Shown: positions 10,386 to 22,270 of the stretch, piece after piece
How positions within the stretch are numbered: the stretch's first letter is position 1
How the letters are laid out: each line of letters opens with the position of its first letter
The notes under the pieces: model-generated
Database searches by the model: none
Told to the model about the DNA's origin: nothing
What the model saw: the letters and a program-made list of their open reading frames with translations, nothing else
Program-made: the position numbers and the translations under genes
Assembly (NCBI GenBank): GCA_963749155.1
Contig: CAVVLO010000002.1
Location: forward strand, 1,312,001-1,376,000
Origin: an uncultured Armatimonadia bacterium
GTDB lineage: Bacteria > Armatimonadota > Zipacnadia > CAVVLO01
Length of the DNA: 64,000 nt
Reading direction: 5' to 3'

Positions 10386-13017
10386 TTGAGACTTGCCTTG
10401 CCGCTTCTTGCTTCAATACTGATTGCAGCCGCGCTAGCCAGCGCAGGAGGAAGTATGAACGCTGACCCAGAGAGCTTCTCAGCCCAGGAGGGCGCCCCCG
10501 TTGATCTCGCGCCGTGGACGTATGTCTGGCGCGCTGACCGTGACGTCCAGCCCCAGCCGGAGGCGTATTTCATCCCGCGCCGGCTGGACAGGCTGGACAG
10601 GATTTACCGCACCGCTTATGACGCGCTGCCGCAAGACCAGCTCAAGAGCCTCTACTACGATATGCCTACCGTACTGGAGCCACTGCCCCCCAAACCCGAG
10701 GGGAAGCTTCAGGTAGGCCTGCTGTGGACTGGCGGCCTTGTGGATTATGAGGTGCAACTGCACTGGCCTGCTGGAGCAGTAGCTCCCCTCTCCTGAGCAG
10801 GTCGAGGTCCGGGCCTATCCCAGCGCCTTCGGGTGGTTCGGCTGGACGGTAGATCAGATACTGGAAGGACCTGTGGTGTCGAGTAATGGCCTCACCTGGG
10901 TCTACAAGAGCGACCCAACCGTGCTGATGGATTTCGCCTACAGCACTCACCCTCCGGCGGCAACCGAGATGGTAGCCGTTTTCTGCAGGCCCGACACTTC
11001 CGGCGCGCTGCCGCCTGTGCCCGCCCTCCAGGTAGTCGGCGCGAGCCTGGGCGACTGGCAGCGGATGGACATCGAGCTGGAAGGGGGCTTCGTGGAGTCG
11101 CTTGAGCCCTATCTGGCCAGGCTTGGCTCCACCAAGCCACTTGGCGCGGGCAGGCAGGGCCTGGCTCTGTCGGTGTTATACGCGCCTGATGCCCCTCCCG
11201 GACTCGACAGCCGGATCACGGTCCGCGGCAAGTCGGGCGATTTCACGCTCAGCCTGAAGGATCTGGACAAGGGCCCGATGTTGCTCCCCACCTTCGGCGC
11301 CTATGTGACCAAGGCTGGTGGGCCAACCGCCGCAGAGTTCTCGAAGCAACTGGCCGCCAAGGGCCTGAAGAGCGTCCGCGAGCAGGTGCGCGAGCATCCC
11401 GAGGCCACCTCTTGGGACCAGTTGATGCAGGAGGTGCGTTTCTGGACCTGCCCCGAAGGTACTCCAGTGCCGCCCTTCCCTGACACTCCCGCGCCTGCGA
11501 TGCAGGTGCAATTGTCGGATGAGCGCTGGACCGAGGCCTGGAACGTCGCTACCGACCAGATGCGGGGGCCGCATCTCTGGCCTCGACTGGGGCATGAGAT
11601 AGGCCGCGTGGTGCGCGATATGGAGCTGGTAGGCCTGCACGATTACACCCCAGAGCTTTACGACTACTTCCTCGAATCGCCGGGTGTGAAGGCTGATGGC
11701 GACTATGTGGACGCAGCGGGCTCCCTCGAGTGGGCGACCGCGATGCGCCACGATATGGGCTACAGCCACGAAGGTACCCACCCCTCGACTGGCAGGTTGC
11801 TCTTCTCGATGTGCGAGCGGTACTTCCTGACAGGCGATCCGACTTGGTTCGAGCAGCACCGGGCGCGCCTCACGGCCGCTGCCGACTGGATCATCCGGGA
11901 GCGCCGGGAGTATATGGCCGACCTGCCCAACCGCGACAAGCTGTTCGTGGCGGGGCTGCTGCCGCCGGCGATGATGGGTGACTACGCCCTGCCCGCCAGC
12001 GACTGGCACTGGTATTACAGCGACAATGCGCTGGCCTTGCAGGGGCTGCAGCGGTTCGCTGACGTGCTGATGCAACTGGATCCGAAGGCTGGCCGCAAGT
12101 ACGAGGCCGAGGCCGATGCCTACCGCGCCGATCTCAAGCGTATTGTGGAGGAGGACACCGCGCTCGCCCCCGTGCGACTCGGGCGCGATGGGATGTACCA
12201 CAGCTTCATCCCGCGGATGGCTTACTGCCGCGGCCTGACTGGGCCCGAGCTGGGCGCCCCGCAGTTCCCGGATTGCGATCTCTTCTGGGGTTCTCTCCCC
12301 GTCGCGGACGTCTTCGGCGCACTGGAGGCCAGTGACTACCGCGTGGTCGGCACCGTTGATGCGATGGAAGAGCTGGGCACCTCCGAGAAGACCATCCAGT
12401 CACTCGTAGATGCCCGCAGGCAGAAAGGCCTGCCAACTGAAGACGCCTGGTTCTGGTGCGATTACTCCTTCCTGCCGAAGATCTCGCACAATGCGAATAT
12501 CTATCTGCTCGAAGACGACGTACCGAACTTCCTGCGCTTCCTGTTCAATTCCTACGCCGGGATGGTCGGCGCCAATGGCAAGGTGTGGGAGCACTGGCAC
12601 CTCGGCCAGTTCACTGACTGCGATGTGCCTGACACGATGACGGCCGGCTGGTTCGTCGAAAACTTCCGTAATGCGCTGGTGATGGAGCTGGGTGACACGC
12701 TGTGGCTTGGGCGGGGCACTCCGCGCGCCTGGCTCGAGCAGGGCAAGACTATCTCTGTAGCCAAGGCGCCGACCTACTTTGGGACGCTCGCTTATACGGT
12801 GACTTCGGACATCGCAGGCGGCAGCATCACCGCGACCATCCAGGTTCCCGACCGAGCGCCGGCAAAGGAAGTCATCCTGCGGCTGCGCCGGCCGGATGCG
12901 ACGCCCATCAAGTCGGTCACTGTAAACGGCGCGCCATGGAAGGACTTCGACCCGGCAAAGGAGACCATCACGCTGAAGGGTCTTTCGGGCCAGGTCACAG
13001 TGGTGGCGCGGTATTAA
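10386..13017 (+). CDS. Secreted six-hairpin glycosidase-like protein (copy 2); frameshift near 10790
   Basis: ORFs 10386-10796 and 10873-13017 are together colinear with 7734-10370. Confidence 0.65.
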
Positions 13018-13048
13018 GGCGAGGATCAAAAGAGCAGCTCACCTCGGC

Positions 13049-13089
13049 TTGCACAGGCCAGATATGTGGTATACAATATGGTATACCAC
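13049..13089 (+). promoter_or_regulatory. Sigma70 promoter with overlapping inverted-repeat operator of the TA operon
   Basis: TTGCAC-N17-TACAAT; inverted repeat GTGGTATAC-N6-GTATACCAC at 13066-13089. Confidence 0.75.
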
Positions 13090-13108
13090 TAGTTTGGGAG
13101 CTAACCAG

Positions 13109-13402
13109 ATGCCAACTGTAAGGAAGAACAAGCTAACCGGAGCGGCTAACCGCGATACGGTGGTAGTGCGGGTAAGTGAGAAGACTCGCGCTACGGCCGA
13201 GCAACTCGCACAAGAGCATGGCACCACAATGACGCGCATCTTCGCCGAAGCGGTGGAGCGCCTCCGGCGTCATTACATCCTAAAAGAGACCAACGAGAGG
13301 TACGCTGAACTGCGCGACGATCCCGAAGCCTGGGCTGAGATCAAGGCAGAGCGCGAGTTGTGGGATTCGACGCTGTCCGATGGGCTTGAGGGCCTGGAGT
13401 GA
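13109..13402 (+). CDS. Type II antitoxin (ribbon-helix-helix-like)
   Basis: VVVRVSEKTR beta-helix start; ERELWDSTLSDGLE tail typical of MazF-partner antitoxins; overlaps toxin start (GTGA). Confidence 0.75.
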   Translation: MPTVRKNKLTGAANRDTVVVRVSEKTRATAEQLAQEHGTTMTRIFAEAVERLRRHYILKETNERYAELRDDPEAWAEIKAERELWDSTLSDGLEGLE

Positions 13403-13755
13403 GCCTGAGTCCAGAACGTGGCGAGGTTTGGTGGGCCGATCTTGACCCTGTAAGGGGTCACGAGCAGGCGGGCATACGGCCGGTGCTTGTGGTTTCGAGT
13501 AACGATTATAACTATGGCAGGGCTGACCTTTACGTGGTGCTACCAATCACCCGGACAAACCGAGGTGTCCGCCTTCATGTACCCGTCGTCCCGCCCGAGG
13601 GGGGGCTTGGTAAGCCAAGTCTTATCCTCTGTGACCAGCCGCGAGCCATTGCGGCGGAACGTTTTGGCGACCGGATTGGGCGCGTCTCACCTGGTGTGAT
13701 GACCCGCGTGGAAGATGCGCTACGTATCCTGCTCGATCTGTTCGACCAGTTCTGA
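13399..13755 (+). CDS. mazF: PemK/MazF family endoribonuclease toxin
   Basis: RGEVWWADLDPVRGHEQAGIRPVLVVS...VVLPIT...SLILCDQPRAI. Confidence 0.92.
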   Translation: MSLSPERGEVWWADLDPVRGHEQAGIRPVLVVSSNDYNYGRADLYVVLPITRTNRGVRLHVPVVPPEGGLGKPSLILCDQPRAIAAERFGDRIGRVSPGVMTRVEDALRILLDLFDQF

Positions 13756-13770
13756 ACCTCAACTGCAAGT

Positions 13771-13800
13771 AAAGGGGAGGCCCTTCGGGCCTCCCCTTTT
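13771..13800. terminator. Bidirectional intrinsic terminator
   Basis: AAAGGGGAGGCC-CTTCGG-GCCTCCCCTTTT between convergent genes. Confidence 0.85.
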
Positions 13801-13826
13801 CAGTGATTCAGATTGAGTGGTCGATA

Positions 13827-16326
13827 TTACTTCTCCCACTTCTTGTACCGCAGCAGCAGCGAGTCGGGAGTCTCCTCGAAGGTGACGCGGTAGCCCTCTT
13901 CGAGCAGCTCCTTGCCGGAGAAGGTCTTCGAGTTGCCTGTATCCATATTGGTCACCGTGTATTTGGAGCCGGCCTCGAGCCCGTGCAGGCGCAATCTGGC
14001 GGCTTCGTAGATGCTATCCGGGCGCTTGAAAACTTGCACGAAGCCCTGGCCCTTCTCCGGCACGTCGAACTGCCAGCCAATCCAGGCGTCGGTCGCAAGC
14101 GAGTAGTTGGTCAGTGGATAATAATCGCCCAGGAAGTCCGGCGAGACCTCTCTCCACTGGTTATACAGCTTGCGATAGGTCTCGTAGTCGGCCTCTTCGC
14201 GCCTCATATCGAAGCAAGAGTTGAAACTCGGGCACATCACGCTGCGGAAGAGATACGGGTCGGTACTGTTGCCGCCGCTGCCATAATAGGGGATCCAGAA
14301 ACTGATGCCATAGGTATGCCCCTGATTGCCGATCGGCTCCAGGATGTAGTCGCTCCTGAGCAGCGGCACCGCGCGGCGCAGGGTCTCGAGGTCATTGCGC
14401 CGGCCACCGCTTGCGCAAGAGTCTAATCAGCATATCCGGATGGCGCCTCAGCAACTCATCCCAGTAGGCCAGGTGCCCCTGCACATAGAGGTTCTCGCAC
14501 ATCCCCTGGCGGTCCTCGGCGTCGGCTGCGCGCCAGAAAGTCAGCGGGTCGATGTTGTAGTCCTCGCGGTAGAGGTCTATCCCCTCCGATTTCAGTAGTC
14601 CATCGGTGTGGTCGGTCAGCCACTTGACTGCTTCAGGGTTACCGAGGTTCAACAGGCGCTGGTCCGGGGCCTCTCCAAGCAACCATTCGGGATGGTTGTC
14701 CCAGATCCATGTGCCGGCGGTCACGCGCTCCGGCTCGAACCAGACAATCGTGTCAACCCCGCGCTCATGGCCGTAGTCTGTAATCGGTCTCAGCCCGCCG
14801 GGGAAGCGCTTCTGGTCGACTTCCCAGGTGCCGGTGTTGGGCCAGCCCCAGGCCTGCTCGTACCAGCCGGCATCCATCCACCAGTAATCCAGCTGGATGC
14901 CCTCGTCCAGATAACGCTGGATGAACATTTTTTGGGTGTCGCTGTTGGCGTTGACCATCTCGCCATACTGGTGCGAGCTGCAGGCGACAAATTGCGACTT
15001 CGGCGGTTCTCCATACGGCCGGGGGATGTTATGGGCGACCATCCAGCGGCGCCAGAGGTTCTGTCCGCGAATCCAGTCACCCTTGTAGAAGACCATCGCG
15101 ACCAGCGGAGTGCGTATCGCCTCGCCCGGGTGGAGCTTCAGATGAGTGAGTTGCTGCCCAGCGAGCAGCCTGATATTGGTGCCAGCGTCTCGCTCGAAGG
15201 TGGCTTCCCACTGGCCAGGCCAGCCCAGGCCAATCATCACGCCTTCACTTGGCCATTGCAGATTGAAATAGCACAGCCACTCGCTGGTCGGCCTGCCGCG
15301 CTCGGGGGCAAGGGTGAACTGCTCTCCGGCGCGCAGTTTCTTCAGGTGAGGTTCGTAATCGTCGGCCCGGCAGGGGCTGCCGGTGAAGTAATGCAGGCGG
15401 AACTCTGTCGAGTCGTCGCCAGGCCAGTTATAGCGGATCAGGCTTGTGTCCAACGCCTGGATATCCTCAATTATCGGTGTATCCCCTGTGCCCAGATTTT
15501 TGAAATAGCAAGTCCACTCCACGGCGGGATAGTCGCTGTATTGAACCGCCACACACTTGAATTCGAGCCTGGTCTCAGGTTCGGTAAAAGTGTAAGTGTA
15601 TTGGGTGCGCGTCCTGTCGAGTTTGGTCACGGTGTCGCGGCGCTCCCAGGTGGGCAGCACCTCGGCCGAGGGCTTGCCATCCCAGGTGAAAGAGAAGGGC
15701 AGCCCGCCAGGGAAGGCTGGCACCTGGGCCTCTTCCATCGGCAGCTCTCCAAGCCAAAGCGTGCTCCCCCCCTGGAGGATGACTTTGGCATTGACCCAGT
15801 CGGCCTGATCGCAGGAGATGCCATCACCGCCATCGTCTAGCTCCAGAGCGAACTCCGTCGCCCCGCCAAGAGGGACGCTGACCCTGGCTGGCTTATCGCC
15901 TTCGCGCATAACTTCTGACTTGTAGAGTTCAGTTTCACCAATAAGCACCGAGAAGACGACCGAACCGCGCCCGCCCTGAGTCTGAGCGTTGCTATCCACC
16001 CCGATAAGCGCCTCGAAACGCTCTGCCGGAGAGGCGAGACGCACTTCGAGCCGGCTGTTCGCGTGGCAGAAAAGCCCGGTGTTGAAGACCTGGTTGCCGA
16101 ACCGCATCGGCGCGCAGAGCCGCTCGTTCTGCTGCACGGTGTCATTGTTGCGGACGACAGTAATCGAGGGCACGGGCAAGCGAGGCTCAGCCCCTCCGAG
16201 CAGGCTGGCAGCCGTCCAGCGCTGGGCTTGCCAAAGCTCACTTGCGGTAGGGCCGACGGGGAAAGCCAGTTGCGCGCTCATAATCAGCACGCCTCCTAAT
16301 ACGAGTAGTAGAGCGATACCACGCAT
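13827..16326 (-). CDS. Alpha-galactosidase (GH36-like) with N-terminal NPCBM domain; frameshift near 14420
   Basis: NPCBM (GLFCHANS...DGISCDQADW); YWWMDAGWY, IVWFEPERV, DLYREDYN; LIDSCASGGRRNDLET is restored by removing one base. Confidence 0.85.
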
Positions 16327-16485
16327 TCTTCATCCCTCCGGTGAGGGGTATTCGACATAGAAAGTGGAGTCCTGCGAGGACTGGACTAGAGAATAACTTC
16401 AGCTGTCCTCAGGGGGCTTGAAGGCCTTAACTGCAACTTAATGAAAACTTATGATAAAAAAAACGAGATACAGGCGAGGAAAACT

Positions 16486-16513
16486 GGAACTCCGGCAGGG
16501 GAACGGGCGTCTA
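16486..16513 (+). promoter_or_regulatory. Putative ECF-sigma promoter
   Basis: GGAACT-N16-CGTCTA. Confidence 0.6.
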
Positions 16514-16518
16514 TAACA

Positions 16519-16597
16519 GTGAAGCCAAGTTTCTGTGCGTGCCCCCCCCTCATGCACGAGGTCGGCCCCCCTCACCGGGGGCCGACCTGTTTCTTGT
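16519..16597 (+). ncRNA. Candidate ~80 nt small RNA with two C-rich-loop hairpins
   Basis: Follows the ECF-like promoter; stem GTGCGTG/CATGCAC with loop C8T; 12-bp stem AGGTCGGCCCCC/GGGGGCCGACCT with loop CTCACC, then GTTTCTTGT; no ORF. Confidence 0.5.
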
Positions 16598-16619
16598 AAG
16601 GGTCCAATTATATACTCAA

Positions 16620-19600
16620 CTACTCCCCAAACCTTACCGAGACGCTCTTGAGGCCAATCCAGGCAAAGGAAGAGCCTGTATTTGAATCAATCAGTTCGAG
16701 GCGTAAGTTGCGGCCATCGAGGCCCTCTACGGGCAGCCTCATCGGCTGAGGGATATGGGTTGCCGGGGGCAGCAGCGTCGCCAGCACCTCGCCGCTCTCG
16801 CCGTCCAGCAGATCTCAAGTGCCAGATTCGGTTGGCCGGTTACCTCTTCGTTACGCCCTCCCTGCAACTCTAGCAGCAGGCTTTGGGCGCCTTTGGGCAG
16901 CTCAAAGGGGGGCGATAGCGCCCGACCTGTTGCCTGCTCTCCTCCCTTTGCCAGCGAGTTGAGGGTGGGATATGAAAAATAAGCTGCCAATACAGCGACC
17001 TCGAAAGAGCCCTCCAGTTCCCAGCCCTTGCCAGCGCCAGGCCTGGTGAAGTCGAACAACTGACCCGGGGCGCCCTGAGCTCGGGCGGCAACTCCCAGGG
17101 ACGATTCTCCAAGTGGCTCCGAGGCGCCCTGGCCTTGGGCTACGACCGCCACAAGCCCAAAGGCTGCCTCTGTGCCAAGCGCCGAGAAGACCAACTCGCG
17201 CGCCACACGCGGCCGGCCGAGGTCCACTTCGATGATATTCAGCACCGTGCTTGAGGTCGGTATCGCAAGTGACTTGCTCCAGAAGGCCGGCTGCGGAAAC
17301 TCCGGGGGAACCCCTTCAGCCCAGTCAGATTGATTTTCGGCAAGCTGGGGAAGCAACCCAAACCTGTCAGTCCGCAGGAAGGGGGCGGTCGAGAAAGCCG
17401 GATAACCCCCCGCAGGAGGAGTCCACTGGTCCAGGTCACCGGGGAAATGGAGCCTCCGCGAGTAGATGACATCCTCGGCGCCCTTCACCGTTACCTGGGC
17501 GACCTGGGCATACATATCGTGGTTCTCGAGCAGTGGCACGACCAGCAGGAAGAGCTTCTGCACCTGTTGATCGCCAAGGGGAAGACGGTATTCTGGACTG
17601 CCATAACGCCACGAGACAGGCACGAAGCGGCGCCCTGGCAGTTTGAAGGTGAGGCCGGGCAATTGCTCGGGGGCAAGCTCGCTTTGGCCTTCCAGAGCAG
17701 CCAGCGGAGCGCCCGCGCCCCAGGGGGGCACAGGTGAAAGGCGCACAGAACGCAGTTTGGAGAACTCTGTGTCGGAGATCAACGACTCATCTGGTAGAGC
17801 AAGCTGGGTCAGTCGGTCGGCGTTCCAGCGCGCAAGTGGGCCGCCCTTTGAGAAGGGCGCGCGCACGGTCAGTATCGTCGAGAGCGCTTCTCCTGAAGGC
17901 AGTGTCAGTGTAGCTTCGTTGTCACCGAGAGAGCAGAGAGCTACTCGGGCCTTTGGCAGCGTGAAGGTCACCGGCGCCTCGCCCCGCGCGGGCGCATCTA
18001 CCTGGGCGAAGAGGCGTGTCACGCCAAGTTGCAGGGCCACCTCGCCCGCCAGGCGCTGCCCCGTGTTGTTGCGAAGGGTGAAGGTCAGAGCCAGGCCTTC
18101 AGGCGTCAGTTCTGCTTCTTCGGGCGCGCCGACTTCATAGCGGGGGAGGATCGCCAGGTCGACAGGCAGCCAGCAATCGATCGCCTTCGAGTGTCTTAGC
18201 GATCAGGAAGAAGGTCCTGCGCGCGAAGGTCAGTTGGCCAAGCCTGCCATAACCGGCATATGGCGCAAGTTGGCCGCGCCTGATTTCGCCGGTCAGTTGT
18301 CCCCCATGGCATTGAGCCGAGGCCAGCACCCCGCAGGGATCGGCTACTCCAAGCAATTCGAGACCGGATACATCTACTTCGATAGGTTCTCCTTCGGCGA
18401 TAGAACCAGGCGCCTGGACTGCCCACTCCGCCGGAGCCAGTTCTACTTCGAAACTCGTCGAGGTTTCCGGTTTGGTGCGAGCCACCAGTACCAGATGACC
18501 GACCTCGGGCTGCAAGGTGAAGGCGAAGCGGCTTCCCGTTAGCCTTGAGGCTCTTCACCTGGCCGATGGGTATGGCCCATTCGAGCTGACGGGCTAGTGG
18601 TTCAGCACTCTCGACCGTGTAAGTCAGCCGGTTCTCTTCACGTGAGTACGAAGCCTGGTAGTCTGGAAGGTTCACCTCGGCCTTTGGCCAGTGGTCGGGG
18701 AAGGAGGGAGCGACCTTTAATACACCAGCTGGAAGGTCAGGTTGTAATCCAAACAGCGCCTCTACAGTTGCCGCCACAAACAGCCCAGCCGGGGGCGTAA
18801 AATAGGCGGGCGTCGCTTCTTCGGCTATCTCCGGCCAGCTTCCCCGGTGATTCTCGTCCATCACCCAGTCGGCAGTTGCGGTCAGCGGTCGCCAGGTCTC
18901 GTTCCACCGGCCCGTTGCCGACAAGGTCCAGGCGGCCCAGGGTTGCTGAGCCGCGCCCGCCTGCATCCCCCAGGTGCCCTGATAGTGAAAGCCAAAATTG
19001 TTGCTGCAATAGACCGCGCCAGAGGCGCCGGTCAGCCTGTCGCGCACCTGGCGCACGGTTGTGTAGCTGCCAAGCGGGTCGGTGATACCCCATAAAGCGG
19101 GATAGAGCAAAGAATGGTATTGCCCATCCAGCCGAGGGTAGCCTTCTGCGTCTTTGTAATAGGCGAACCGGCCCAGGTCGGGCAGCCAGAGCTGCTGTTT
19201 CAGCCTGGAGGTCGACCTCGGCCGCGCGCGATTCCCAGAGTCCGCGCCGTCGCCTCATCGCCCAGGCCCCGGGCCAGCTCGGCGCGCGTCTTCATCAGGT
19301 TGATGCCTTCGATGGTCGGGGTGGTGCCATCCCAGGGAGTGGCGACAAAATCTTCCTGGTTGCCTATCTGCAGCCCCCAGCCCAGCAGTCCATCGTCATC
19401 CTGATCGTATTCTTCATAAGTCTGCCGGAGCACCTTGTCGAGGGGCTCAAGGAGCTGCTGGGCGAAGTCGAGGTCTCCTGTGAAGTGCCAGTAATGGCGG
19501 GCTTGCCAGCCCCAGAACTGGTTCGAACCGCCAAAATCCCGATGCGTCTGCCCTGCGGGCGAAAGCTGCGGCACCGCGCCAGCGCCAAGCAGGTGCTCGC

Positions 19601-20531
19601 CGTGATAAAGGGTGCAAGAGGCCGACCTGTCCGCCTGGCCTATCCACTCGGCGCCTGCGGTGTGCTGCATATGCCACAGCATCAGCCAGTGGTGGATGCA
19701 CTCCAGCCACCCAAAAGGCTCAATCCAGTTGTATTCCAGGTTGTAAAGCGCGCTGCGGAAGGCTGCATCCAGGTTTGGCTCAGGGGTGCTGATGCGACAC
19801 TCGAGCAGTTTGTCGTAATAGGTGTCTACCTCGGCGCGCAGCTTTGCGGCGTCAGCGGTGGCCAGTCTCGTCGCTGTCTGCTCCACCTCGCCGAATCCCA
19901 GCATCACCTGCGCTGAGCCTGCGGGGAAGGAGAACCGAAGTGGCTCGCCTGTAGCTTCTCCCGAAGAGGAGAGCGCCACCTTTACCTGGTCGAGGCCAGC
20001 GGTGTAGGTGGCCAGGCCTTCAGCAAGCACCGTCGGCACGGAGGGGGTCTCGTTGCTTCTCAGCGGGCCCCAGTCGAAGGCGTTGAAGGGTTCTGTTTGC
20101 CCTCCGACTTGGACCACCAGGCGGCGCCCCGGCTCGCAAGTGACCGTATAAAGCGCGGCTCCCTCCGCCTCGGGCGTCTCTCTGCCAACTGGCAGAGGCA
20201 CTAGTTCGGTCGTGACAGAGACGCCAGCCAGCTTGAAAGTAGCTCTCACCCCGCCTGGGAAGTCCTCTACCCGCACCTCCGTTGCCTCGGAGGCCCAGTG
20301 GACGACCCCCTCACTCTCAATCCCAGGCACCAGCTTGGCAAGCAGGTTGTAATTGTTGTAGGTGAAGGCGCCCCTGACATAGGTGAATACCGCCGAGGCG
20401 GGTATCACTTCATCGGTCGCCCCAACTGTCTCGTGCCAGGCGGCCATCCGCACCATCGGATAGCGAGGCTGAGCACTTGCCAAAGCAGCGAAAAGTACAA
20501 GCGAAAGCGCAAATGCGCCAAGTGACTTCAT
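16620..20531 (-). CDS. Large secreted (alpha/alpha)6 glycoside hydrolase-like protein; several frameshifts
   Basis: Signal peptide MKSLGAFAL with RBS AAGGAGG; YWHFTGDLDF..EYDQDDDGLL; FGLQPD..VLKVAPSFPDHW; last frame ends RLELIDSNTGSSFAWIGLKSVSVRFGE* at 16620. Confidence 0.6.
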
Positions 20532-20634
20532 CTCGGCCTCCTTACAGCAGGAGCAGAAGGTTCGGGTGAGGAGGGCTCCCTTCCTGCAGGCAAAGGATGC
20601 CAAAGGGCGAACCACTAATCACGGAGGTAGTCTT

Positions 20635-22270
20635 ATGCCAACCTTGTTGATTGCCACACTCGTTCTCATACTGCTCGCCCCCTGGGCCCTGGCCCAACCG
20701 CTGACGGGCACGGCTAAGGTCGAGTTGGACCACGTCACGAACCCCGCCATCATCGGGGCGGGCGTCAATTTCGCCTTCAGCGACTATGAGTACATCAACT
20801 TCAGGACACTGGGCGAGTGGACGGACATCCACAGCCAGCAGGTGCCCCTGCCAGACGATGAGGCCGAGTGGGCAAGCTTCAACCGGCTGATGGACTTTGC
20901 GGGCTTCCAGTATGTGCGCTTCTGTGTGGGGATGACCCAGTGGGAGCCAGTCAACGACAATGACGACCCACACTCCCTCAACCTGGAGTCAGGTTTCACC
21001 TTCTCGCCGGGCTTCTGGGAGGCCCATCCCGAGGTAGACACCAGCCTGCGGACTTACCAGGAGACCTTGTATCGCCTGCTTGACCACTGGGAGCAGCGCG
21101 GCCTGTATGTGGTTTTGGGCAACTGGTGGTCGGGCCCCAGCAACTTCTGCCCCGGCGGCGATGTCTGGCTGCAGGTGAAAGACGCCGATGGCAAGCGCAT
21201 CGGTGCGACGCGCGAGGATATGCACCTCGCCTCGCTGGAAGAGTTCAGCGAGGGGCTGGCCGCGATTATGTACGACCTCAAGCGCGAGCACCCCTACGAG
21301 TGTGTGAAGGGCATCTCCTTCTGGAACGAGCCCGAGCAGATGAAGGACTACTACGCCACGCTCTCCGGTGTCTACAACTCACTGGGGGCGCAGCTCAGGC
21401 GGCTGGGCATCCGCAATGAGGTGGCAATCCAGGCTTTCGACGGGGCGTTGTTCTGGAATCGCGAGCATGGCGGCGTACCGGATGGCGTTGAGCGCCTCGG
21501 CAAGCTCGCGAAAGGCAATATGGATCTCCTCTCCGTGCACGACTATTGGGCAGCCTTTGACTACCGCAAGGGCGAGCACACCGACACCATCCACGGCACC
21601 CTCAGCGAGTTCGTCGACAGCAACATAAAACCCGCGATTGAGCAGTCCAAAGCCGCCTCCGAGGACGGCGAGCCACTGCCCGTCATCGCGGGGGAGTTCG
21701 GCTGGTTCGGCCTGATGGGCGAGGGCGGAGACGCGGCCAAGGCTGACTTCCTGCAACGCCTGCACAGCGCCGAGGCGACCGTCCACCTGCTTAACGGCGG
21801 TGCCAAGGCCATCGCCTTCTGGATCTACAACAACAATTATCACTCCTACTGGCGGATGCTGACCTTCGATCCTGACAACTACCGCCACTTCGTGCCCGAG
21901 CCGGCCAACTATTACCCCCTCGCTCTGACGATGAAGTATCTGCCGCGCGGGGCGGACGTGGTGGCCAGCGAGGTCACGGGCGCCACCGACGAGGCCGGCA
22001 ATCAGCGCGTCTTCCTGCTGGCTGCGCGCAAGGGGGAAGATGTCACACTGCTGCTGGTGAACGACTCCGACCAGCCTGCGAACTTGGCGCTGAGTGGCCT
22101 TGCGGGACACTCACTGCGCAAGCTCGATGGTCAGCCAGAGCGATTACAGCCGCATCCGCGACCTGGGCCAGCAGGCGCTAGCGGACGGCGCCGAGATTGG
22201 CCTGGAGCCTCTCTCCATCACTGTCCTCACCAGCTTCGGATATGGCGCAGAACGCCCGGAGGGTTTCTGA
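20635..22270 (+). CDS. Secreted clan GH-A glycoside hydrolase (GH30/GH39-like); frameshift near 22130
   Basis: Signal peptide; ISFWNEPE acid/base, SVHDY, IAGEFG nucleophile; alternative frame ends LEPLSITVLTSFGYGAERPEGF* with TGATG coupling to the next gene. Confidence 0.7.
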
